From an uncultured Nitrososphaerota archaeon (lineage in GTDB: Archaea; Asgardarchaeota; Njordarchaeia; Njordarchaeales; Njordarchaeaceae), in assembly GCA_964518475.1 (NCBI GenBank), contig CAZFGR010000025.1:1-23343 (forward strand): a stretch of DNA of 23,343 bases, given 5' to 3'. This document shows, one piece after another, positions 7,984-15,736 of the stretch. Both the position numbers and the translations under genes were made by a program. Position 1 is the stretch's first letter, and the number at the start of each line of letters is the position of its first letter. The notes under the pieces were generated by a model. It was given only the letters and a program-made list of their open reading frames with translations. It was not told the DNA's origin and did no database searches.

Positions 7984-8599
7984 ATTCATAGAGCTACAGA
8001 ACATGAACACTCAGCTTCACAGGCTTCCCATACCTATCAAGCTAATTCCATTCTTTATCGCCATTATCATTCCTAGACTAATACCTAATAAATCATTAGT
8101 AATGATTATAGAGCTCTCACTAATTATCTCATGCGGCTTAATCATCAGTGCGTATCTGAGAGCCCCTAGATACTTCCTCGATATTATTTTGACCTTCTTA
8201 CTCTTATGGATTTTCTTGTCCATTCTCTACCTCCCCTCAGTGCATCCTATCCTATTCTTCACAGTGTATATTGATCAATTGATCTACTGGATCAGTATTG
8301 CGAGCACCTTTGTGTTGTTTTTATCAACTACTAGCGTGTCTCAAGCGGAGAATTTTCTGGCGAGACTAGGAATTCCGTATAAGTATTCACGAGTACTAAT
8401 CGTAACGTATAACTTGATACCAGCTCTTTACAACGAAATTAAATTAATCACGATGACGCAGAAGGCTAGAGGACTACAATTCAGTAGGAATCCTCTAAAA
8501 AGAGCTGTCCAAATGATAGCTATCCTGATGCCGTCACTGTTCATAGCACTCCTAAGAGCTGAGATATTGGAGATAAGTATAAAGAGCAGAGGCGGTTAA
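7970..8599 (+). CDS. ecfT: ECF transporter T component (EcfT/CbiQ family)
   Basis: Hydrophobic N-terminus, FLSTTS...LARLGIP, and two X-Arg-Gly coupling motifs (TQKARG, IKSRG). Confidence 0.88.
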   Translation: MNLLRFIELQNMNTQLHRLPIPIKLIPFFIAIIIPRLIPNKSLVMIIELSLIISCGLIISAYLRAPRYFLDIILTFLLLWIFLSILYLPSVHPILFFTVYIDQLIYWISIASTFVLFLSTTSVSQAENFLARLGIPYKYSRVLIVTYNLIPALYNEIKLITMTQKARGLQFSRNPLKRAVQMIAILMPSLFIALLRAEILEISIKSRGG

Positions 8600-8614
8600 T
8601 AAACTACGTAATCA

Positions 8615-9757
8615 TTATAAGAGCTTTCTTAGTCTAGTAGATAAATACTTCATGACAAGTTCATATAACCTCTTCTTCTCCACTAATACATCAGCAAAAT
8701 CCCTAAGAAAATACTCATAACCTTTCTGTAAAGTACTGGATCCCTTTTTAAGCAAGTAATCAATAAGAATTCTCTGAGCCCTTAATTCCCAAGAGCATCG
8801 TCTCCATAACTTTTCATACCTGAGAAGATTCTTTATCGAAAAATCATTTCCGTTAAAACTCTCAGCAAGAATCCTTCCAGTCAAGAACCCTGCCCTTATA
8901 GCTAAGTGAATTCCAGCCCCAGTCAAAGGCGCTACTTGATGAGCAGCATCCCCTACCAATATTGCTCGTCTCTGTACTAATTTTTTAACCCCTCCAGAAA
9001 GCGGTACCAAGAAGGATTCCCTTCTAATAATCTTATTTTGAGTCATATTGTTCTTCTTGAGAATCTTCCTGATATAATACTCTGGTTGCACCCCCTTAGA
9101 ATATTTCATTAGATACCCTACGCCTACGCGAAAATGATTTATATGAGGGAATACCCAGGAATATCCTCCCGGACTATATTCTTTACCATAGTAGAATTCA
9201 TTGATAGAGTCTGTAGTCTCTGGATCCTTGTCAACCCACACCTGATAAGCAACCCCAAAATCCCCTAGATTCAAGGATGTTTTGAAAATTTTTCTCCTAA
9301 CCAGAGATACTGCACCATCAGCTCCTACAACAATTTTAGCTCTTATTTCCTTGGATCCACGAATCCTAACAGAATCCTTCTCCATAACAACATCTCTTAC
9401 CAAAAAACCGGTCTCAACGTGTATGTCTATCCGATCTAAGTATCTCATGAATAGATGAGATAACTCTTCCCTGCCAATATTCTTTGCCACGGGTTCTTTG
9501 AACCTTATTACTTTGTCAATATCTCTATAAACAATTCTAATACCTGTGATGAAAATCCCCGGCAGTCTTGTTACCTCCGGGAGGAGACACTGAGCGGGCC
9601 AGAGAACCATTCCTCCACAGGGCTTATTACCCAGTCTCTTATCCTTATCCACAACCAATACTTCTAGATCATTTCCTCTTTTTCTAGAGTAGAGATGTGT
9701 AGCAAGGGCTGTTGATAAGCCAGCGGGTCCAGCACCAATTATTGCTATATCTATCAT
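8615..9757 (-). CDS. Geranylgeranyl reductase family protein (DGGGPL-reductase-like)
   Basis: IIGAGPAG, KPCGG, VGADGA.S.VR, the complete PxxYxWxFP motif (SPGGYSWVFP) and LVGDAAHQVAPLTGAGI. Confidence 0.9.
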   Translation of the reverse strand: MIDIAIIGAGPAGLSTALATHLYSRKRGNDLEVLVVDKDKRLGNKPCGGMVLWPAQCLLPEVTRLPGIFITGIRIVYRDIDKVIRFKEPVAKNIGREELSHLFMRYLDRIDIHVETGFLVRDVVMEKDSVRIRGSKEIRAKIVVGADGAVSLVRRKIFKTSLNLGDFGVAYQVWVDKDPETTDSINEFYYGKEYSPGGYSWVFPHINHFRVGVGYLMKYSKGVQPEYYIRKILKKNNMTQNKIIRRESFLVPLSGGVKKLVQRRAILVGDAAHQVAPLTGAGIHLAIRAGFLTGRILAESFNGNDFSIKNLLRYEKLWRRCSWELRAQRILIDYLLKKGSSTLQKGYEYFLRDFADVLVEKKRLYELVMKYLSTRLRKLL

Positions 9758-10992
9758 TCCCCAACCCGACGTTTCAATTTTACAAGTTTTTTCCTGAATC
9801 TACTTAGGATTAAGTCTTTTATATCGGTTATTTTTGAAACCTTATATATTCCAGGGTCATTCGATACCACTACTGTATCTATCCAGTGAATACCTCTTCT
9901 AAGAGTAGACTTATTAGTGATAATCGGTTTACTCAGCACTATTTTAGTTAATCCAATACCTTTCTGGGGAACTATAACTAGGGAACTGTTTATCCTCAAA
10001 AAATCACATAATTTCCCCAATTTTCTTTCCAAGTAACTAGCTACCTCAGCTTTATAGGGAACAATTGTTAAGATATTATCCTCAGCACCAACAAGATTAA
10101 CTTCGTTGAAGCGGAAGAAACCAGATACGTAAGACCCCATATTCACAAAACTAAGAAAACCATATGTCTTCAGCAAACCAAGCTTAATTATCGTATCCGT
10201 ATTTGTCTTCTCTACCAATAAGTGGATAAAATGCTGATACCTCTTTGACCAGTGTATCAAATCGGCATCTATGAGAAGCCTAGGTATTGATATTGTGTAT
10301 TTCTTCTCGGCGAAACCATGATCACCAAAAACGATCCAGAAATTAGGCTTCAAATCTTCTATAAGATTCTTTATTAATTCATCTATATAGTTATAATAGT
10401 CTATCAATAGATCATTTCGTCTCCCATAGAAACTATGTGCTAATATATCAGTGTATCTAAACCAGAAAAAACCTACATCGATATTATAACTCTTGGCGAG
10501 AAATTTAAAGAGACTAAACTCTAACCTAGCCTTCTTTTTATAAATCTCATAGAACTTCTTATCACTACTGAAAAACTCCATTTCCTCAGGATTATACTTT
10601 ACTTTCTTGAGAAGAGCCCTTATAAAGTGATCATCCGTTAACCTAGGCGCTTCTAGACCCCATACCACAAAACCTTGATATTTTTTTGGATAGATCATGG
10701 GCACTTTCCAAATTCCTAGACGGTAACCCCACAGTTTCAGGATATCTGTAAAATATAAGTAATGCACATTCTTAGCTGTCACAACATTGAACTTGGTGTC
10801 ATAAAAATCAACAATACCGTGTTTCTTGGGCTCCATACCAGTTAATATAGAGACCGCACAAGCTGGTGTTATCGTTGGTTTAACGCTTTTTATGCCCTTA
10901 TGATACATCTTTTTGAGAAAAACCATATTTGCTTTTTCAAATAATTCCTTATCTAGTCCGTCGAGTACAATTATAAGCCCCTTGAGGCTCAC
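9754..10992 (-). CDS. Alkaline phosphatase superfamily (nucleotide pyrophosphatase/phosphodiesterase-like) protein
   Basis: IVLDG metal ligand, PTITP with Thr nucleophile, SILTG..P.KHGI.DF, TDILAH, GDHG and C-terminal GIH. It has a 4-bp ATGA overlap with the GGR gene. Confidence 0.88.
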   Translation of the reverse strand: MSLKGLIIVLDGLDKELFEKANMVFLKKMYHKGIKSVKPTITPACAVSILTGMEPKKHGIVDFYDTKFNVVTAKNVHYLYFTDILKLWGYRLGIWKVPMIYPKKYQGFVVWGLEAPRLTDDHFIRALLKKVKYNPEEMEFFSSDKKFYEIYKKKARLEFSLFKFLAKSYNIDVGFFWFRYTDILAHSFYGRRNDLLIDYYNYIDELIKNLIEDLKPNFWIVFGDHGFAEKKYTISIPRLLIDADLIHWSKRYQHFIHLLVEKTNTDTIIKLGLLKTYGFLSFVNMGSYVSGFFRFNEVNLVGAEDNILTIVPYKAEVASYLERKLGKLCDFLRINSSLVIVPQKGIGLTKIVLSKPIITNKSTLRRGIHWIDTVVVSNDPGIYKVSKITDIKDLILSRFRKKLVKLKRRVGE

Positions 10993-11174
10993 CGGTCATC
11001 AACCCACGACCACTCTTAAAGAACGGAAGTAAGTGTTCCGAAAGTACGAGATGAATTATTCATAGCTATCTAATTTATAAAATTAAAGTGTTACCCAATC
11101 ATCCAATCATTTTGATCCCTTATCTTTTGAATGTTACATTTATAGTTGCAATGCAGTTAAAAGGAGGAAGATCC

Positions 11175-11477
11175 ATGACTAAGCATCCCGAAATTCCTCC
11201 TTGGGTAGATTTCCTGATCCGTATGAAGATCGAGAAAGAAGAAGTTGTGGCTATTCACGTAAGGGAGAATCACCTTTCAAAGATTCACGAGATTATGGAG
11301 TTTCTGAAACAAAGTTTTGGAGCAAGTCGAATCATTCTTCTTAACGAAGTAACTTCGCCTTCGCTGAGGTATAAATTGTTAAAAGAAGGAAAGTTCCTAA
11401 TTGTTAATAATCCAAAAAGGTTGAGTAACTATATAAAGGAGACATATCTAGTGTTAAGGAGAATAGCCAATAATTAG
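11175..11477 (+). CDS. Hypothetical 100-aa protein, possibly a degenerate PD-(D/E)xK fold (ORF track start 11088; ATG 11175 preferred)
   Basis: A strong AGGAGG SD at 11162-11167 precedes the in-frame ATG at 11175. Alpha/beta pattern VDFLI...VVAIHVR...FGASRIILL. Confidence 0.6.
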   Translation: MTKHPEIPPWVDFLIRMKIEKEEVVAIHVRENHLSKIHEIMEFLKQSFGASRIILLNEVTSPSLRYKLLKEGKFLIVNNPKRLSNYIKETYLVLRRIANN

Positions 11478-11484
11478 TTCTCTC

Positions 11485-12219
11485 TTATTTCAGATCCGTT
11501 ACTTTTAATGCCCTCTCATAAGTGTTGTATATTGCTTTAGCGGCTTCTCTAATTCCTTTCCTCTCTTCTTCGGTTAGTGAGTCCCATATGTCTGGGCCTA
11601 GACTTCTACCAATTCTTGCAGGAATCGTTACATAAACAGGCTCTGGTGTTTCATCAAATTTTCTTAGTCTAGAGTAACTTAGGACACGACCTGTGTTCAA
11701 TAAGATACCTCTAATTATTTCTAGGAAAGATCCTGCGGGACCCCACCTAGTCCCTCCAGTAGCTCTTAAAATCTCAACACTTATTCCCTTAACATACTTC
11801 TCTACTTTCTCTCTATCAAGCGTCTTCCCAGTCTCCTCTAGATACTCTTCCAAGGGCTTTCCGTAGATATGGACTGTGCTCCGGAGAAGTACGGCTACCT
11901 CTCTGTGTTCTCCACCGACGTAGGCCTCTACAGCACTTACTGGGACTCCTAACTCTCTAGCAATTATTATTCTGAATCGTGAAGTTTCGAGATTGGTGCC
12001 AGTACCTATAACTTTTCTCTTTCCTTCTAAAACTCTATTAACCAATGTCGTCATAGCATCTACTGGATTTGTTATAACGAAATACCAGGCATTAGGATTA
12101 TTATCCCTAGTGGCTTCCGCAACTTCCTTCATTATTTCAGCATTCTTATCAGCGAGATCTCTCTTACTCATTCCTGGTTTTCTCGGATAACCAGCACAAA
12201 TAATTTTTAATTTTTGCAT
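11485..12219 (-). pseudogene. 5'-truncated lactate/malate dehydrogenase family gene
   Basis: Retains AG.PRKPGMS, VITNPVD, VIGTGT.LETSRFR, GEH and TRWGPA. It lacks the N-terminal GxGxxG Rossmann segment, with no room before the next gene, and carries substitutions at conserved sites. Confidence 0.82.
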
Positions 12220-12248
12220 TAAGTCTATTCTATTATTGGTGAGGAACC

Positions 12249-12845
12249 GTGGTGACTGTAGAAGTACCTAGTTACGAAATCATCGAAAAAGCAGAACTTC
12301 CCTCCAAAGAAACGGCTCTAATTATTGTTGATATGCAAAACGATTTTGCACACCCAAAGGGCAAACTCTTCGTACCTACGGCAAAAGATATCATTCCAAA
12401 AATAAGAGAATTGCTAGAAAAGGCTCGAAAAGCCAAAGTTCGAGTAATTTATACACAGGACTGGCATATGAAAGACGATCCAGAATTCAATATTTGGGGA
12501 GAGCATGCGGTAGCGGATACTTGGGGCGCTGAGATTGTTGAAGAGTTAAAACCTTCGGAGAATGATATCCTCATAAAGAAGCTCAGATATGACGCTTTCT
12601 TCGGAACACCTCTGGATCACATCCTTAGAATCTATGGGATCAAATACCTCATAATAACTGGCACCGTAGCTAACATATGTGTACTCCACACAGCTGGATC
12701 GGCGGCCCTACTCGGATACAAGGTCGTTGTTCCGATAGACGCGATAGCAGCTTTGAATGAATTCGATTATCACGCTAGTCTTAGGCAGATAAGCTTTCTC
12801 TACAAAGGAATATTAACCAAGGTAGAGAATATATCATTTAAGTAA
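12249..12845 (+). CDS. Isochorismatase/nicotinamidase family cysteine hydrolase
   Basis: ALIIVDMQNDF, TQDWH, WGEH, IKKLRYDAFFGT and GTVANICV supply the Asp-Lys-Cys triad. A GGTGAGG SD lies at 12238-12244. Confidence 0.93.
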   Translation: MVTVEVPSYEIIEKAELPSKETALIIVDMQNDFAHPKGKLFVPTAKDIIPKIRELLEKARKAKVRVIYTQDWHMKDDPEFNIWGEHAVADTWGAEIVEELKPSENDILIKKLRYDAFFGTPLDHILRIYGIKYLIITGTVANICVLHTAGSAALLGYKVVVPIDAIAALNEFDYHASLRQISFLYKGILTKVENISFK

Positions 12846-12893
12846 AACTATATACGTAATATTTTTTACACATTACTCCGTTTCTGAAAACTT

Positions 12894-14228
12894 ATGCACC
12901 AAGAAAAAGTAGATTACAGAAAATATCTCATTAATAGGATCTTACTACCCATTATAAGCTTCACCGTCACCCTAGGATTTGGTATGGCTCAAATCGTCAT
13001 GATATATCTCTTGTTGAGTTTTGAGGGGATACTAACCACGTTACCAGAAGAGCTAGGTACAATCCCTGAGGCACACCTAGTAGCTATCCATTACTCATTA
13101 ATGATGTCAGCATTTATGCTTACTAGGGCGTTCTTAGCTAGGTACTTTGGAAATTTAAGTGACTTAGTTGGGAGAAAAAAGTTAATAATTGTTGGTTTAT
13201 TTGGATACTCCCTCGTCTCCTACGGATACGTTTTATCCAGTAATTGGATCCACCTATTAATAATGCGGAGCTTACAAGGAATAGCGTCCGCAATGGTCTG
13301 GCCAGTAGCAGAGGCCCTGATTGTGGATTCCGCTCCTTGGAAAGAACGTGGTCGCTGGATGAGTATTTATATGATGGCTACAAATGCTAGTTTTGCCCTC
13401 GGACCTGCTTTAGGCGTCTACGTTTATAAGTTTGGAGTTATTTACTATCATTTGGGGGTTCCGGACGCGTTTAAGTTTCCCTTCTACGCTCTTTTCTATT
13501 TGTCTCTAGTATCATTCCTCATGTCATTTATGCTTAGAGAAACTATAAGGATCGAGGGTGAAAAATCTCAGAATAGGATGAAGTATAAAGCACTCAGAGA
13601 GACTCTTGAAAGGTCTCTTCCACCAGAGATAAGCAGAGCGATCCTCGTAATCTATATCATGGGCTTCGCTAATGGCGTTTCTATGGGGTTTGTATCCCCC
13701 CTCTTCACACTATACGTAAACGAATACGTTACATCAGACCCAGTAGTGCTCGGCTGGCTCTCAACAATTAGTGCCCTTGCAGGTATATTAGTGTCTTACC
13801 CAGCTGGCTACATATCCGATATAACTGGTAGAAAAAACATTATCATACTTGGCCAGCTCGGAACAAGAACAATGACGCTAGTCCTACCCTTTATAAGAAC
13901 AGTACCCGGACTACTAGGAGTCTATGTCATCAGAACAGTATCGTTCAACATAATGTCCCCAGTCTACAGGGCATTACAGGGAGATCTAGTCCCCAGAGAA
14001 CTCCGAGGCAAAGTTTTCGGAACAGTACAGACACTATTTAACTTAGGCGCCGCAGCATCTCCTTTCGGAGGATGGATATATCTCTACACATCAGACCTAA
14101 CCTTTAACATCCTAGGATACATACTACCTGGTGTAGCTGTAGTGTTCATTCTAAGCGCTTTAATAGGTTATTTCAGTACAGCGCTCTTCATACTCTTCGT
14201 CCCAGAACCAAGAAAGAGAGAAGAATAA
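12894..14228 (+). CDS. Major facilitator superfamily transporter (DHA1-like)
   Basis: Motif A occurs twice (GNLSDLVGRKK, GYISDITGRK), with RSLQG, ERGRWM, LGPALG and ELRGKVFG, and about 12 TM segments. Confidence 0.93.
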   Translation: MHQEKVDYRKYLINRILLPIISFTVTLGFGMAQIVMIYLLLSFEGILTTLPEELGTIPEAHLVAIHYSLMMSAFMLTRAFLARYFGNLSDLVGRKKLIIVGLFGYSLVSYGYVLSSNWIHLLIMRSLQGIASAMVWPVAEALIVDSAPWKERGRWMSIYMMATNASFALGPALGVYVYKFGVIYYHLGVPDAFKFPFYALFYLSLVSFLMSFMLRETIRIEGEKSQNRMKYKALRETLERSLPPEISRAILVIYIMGFANGVSMGFVSPLFTLYVNEYVTSDPVVLGWLSTISALAGILVSYPAGYISDITGRKNIIILGQLGTRTMTLVLPFIRTVPGLLGVYVIRTVSFNIMSPVYRALQGDLVPRELRGKVFGTVQTLFNLGAAASPFGGWIYLYTSDLTFNILGYILPGVAVVFILSALIGYFSTALFILFVPEPRKREE

Positions 14229-14251
14229 CGAATATTTCGCTATTCCTACTT

Positions 14252-14668
14252 TTATTTTAAGATTACTGGGATTCTAGCTATACTATTTTCCTCTAAGATG
14301 TAAAGGTAGCAGTCATAGGAACCGTTCAGAGAACTTATTATTAACCATGGAACTGGCCACAACTTCATTCCTTCCAAATCTCTTTTCGATGGTCGAGGAG
14401 GCCCGGGATGCGAATGGTATAGCCCTACGATATCTAATCCTTCCTGCTCACCTTCTACTATTGCTTGGTATAGATCTTCCGGATCTATCTCGAACAAGAC
14501 CGGTGATTCTTTGGTATTTTTAGCTCTTTTAACTCGCTTAACAATTACTTTTCCTTCAGAATCGACTGTCCCAAGCAGGACTCCACAGATTTCTGTTTTG
14601 CTTTCCATGGCTTCTTTAACGAGTCTCTCTAGTTCTTTTTTAGCAATTACCAATGCTCTATGACCCAT
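14252..14668 (-). CDS. JAMM/MPN+ (Mov34, M67) metalloprotease, desampylase-like
   Basis: EICGVLLG plus VGLYHSHPGPPRPSKRD gives the complete E...HxH-x7-S-x2-D motif. Confidence 0.92.
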   Translation of the reverse strand: MGHRALVIAKKELERLVKEAMESKTEICGVLLGTVDSEGKVIVKRVKRAKNTKESPVLFEIDPEDLYQAIVEGEQEGLDIVGLYHSHPGPPRPSKRDLEGMKLWPVPWLIISSLNGSYDCYLYILEENSIARIPVILK

Positions 14669-14717
14669 CTAGTGATTCCTCTTCAATGGTTTTTATCAGG
14701 TATAACGTCTGACTATC

Positions 14718-14732
14718 TTTTATATTTATATA
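14718..14732. promoter_or_regulatory. Putative shared divergent TATA region (JAMM gene / membrane gene pair)
   Basis: TTTTATATTTATATA sits centrally in a 112-bp divergent intergenic region. Confidence 0.45.
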
Positions 14733-14780
14733 CTTGTTATTGTAGTTAGCATTTAAGACTACTAGCATGAAGGGCTCACG

Positions 14781-15251
14781 ATGAGCACTATTAGTAAAGT
14801 GCTTAAAGCGATAGTATTGATATTGAGCATACTTCTCTCCGTCTTTAGCGCTGTTATAGGCTATGATGCGTATAGGCTAGCTAACTATGGAATCTATATA
14901 GGAGAAACTACGAGCGTTCAGGGGGAAGAATACGTTAACATTACGGTGCCCATAGTAATCAAAAACGTTGGTTATTTCTTCGACTTATCGAATATCAATA
15001 TTACAGTAATACTGTTCGATAATTATAACCGTTCACATGCTAGGGATACGGAGATAATAGATTATATACCACTGAAGGGCGAGAAAAACATAACAATAGA
15101 GTTATCAATACCGCTTAGTGTTGGAATGCAATGGATGAATGGCACAATAGAGCTCTACATAAAATTCATCATAAGATTCTGGTTTAGCAAATACGGCTTC
15201 GCATTCGTAGGTTTTGGGATCGCTGGAGTGTCTGTTTTAGAGAGGCGATAA
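14781..15251 (+). CDS. Membrane-anchored beta-rich protein (LEA_2/WHy-like)
   Basis: An N-terminal TM helix, then alternating beta strands (NITVPIVIKN.G, NITVIL, NITIELSIP) and several N-x-S/T sequons. Confidence 0.6.
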   Translation: MSTISKVLKAIVLILSILLSVFSAVIGYDAYRLANYGIYIGETTSVQGEEYVNITVPIVIKNVGYFFDLSNINITVILFDNYNRSHARDTEIIDYIPLKGEKNITIELSIPLSVGMQWMNGTIELYIKFIIRFWFSKYGFAFVGFGIAGVSVLERR

Positions 15252-15254
15252 GGA

Positions 15255-15677
15255 ATGGATAAAAAGAAAGCCATACTAAGCACGGTTTCCACGTTCATAT
15301 CTCTGGTCATACTGCCTATATATTCGGTAAAAACAATAGTTAGTATCGGAATAACAATCCCTGACTTTGATCCCTTAATAGTTACTGTTCTGGGCGTCAG
15401 CATAACAATCTTCGCTCTCCTCGATAGTTTAATTCCTGAGAAAAGTGGAGCATTATTCACGCTAATCAAGTATATCGCATCAGCATATTATTCGTACAAG
15501 ATACTAAATATGTTCTCCTGGTTCACCTATAGAGCACAACAGGCTTATGCTGAGCTATACGTTGACTGGGGCTTATGGCTTATAATGGTTGTCACACTCA
15601 CGATACTCTCTGGAATCCTATCAGCTTTAAGAAAAGTCAGCGAAAAACCGAAAGAAGAGGAGAAGAAGAAATCTTAA
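15255..15677 (+). CDS. Hypothetical integral membrane protein (about 4 TM)
   Basis: Four hydrophobic segments and a charged C-terminal tail. It starts 3 bp after the upstream stop. Confidence 0.65.
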   Translation: MDKKKAILSTVSTFISLVILPIYSVKTIVSIGITIPDFDPLIVTVLGVSITIFALLDSLIPEKSGALFTLIKYIASAYYSYKILNMFSWFTYRAQQAYAELYVDWGLWLIMVVTLTILSGILSALRKVSEKPKEEEKKKS

Positions 15678-15736
15678 GAAAAATGTGAAAACTTGTGCCA
15701 ATATTTACTATTTTTTCATCATTAATTATTGAGTTA

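Noticed and set aside
11000-11085. Short inverted repeats (CGGAA..TTCCG, ATGAATTATTCAT) and a 15-codon uORF upstream of the phosphodiesterase gene
   Set aside because: The stems are only 5-6 bp in AT-rich sequence, too weak to call.
12851-12860. Single TATACGTAAT upstream of the MFS gene, plus lone TACGTA at 8605, 10126, 13713 and 18622, as regulon members
   Set aside because: A handful of isolated 6-mers is about what chance gives in 23 kb of AT-rich DNA. Only the MFS site is promoter-proximal and it is not arrayed.
14252-14668. CBASS/Bil-type defence JAB
   Set aside because: There is no CD-NTase, E1/E2 or ubiquitin-like neighbour; it looks like the housekeeping archaeal JAMM.
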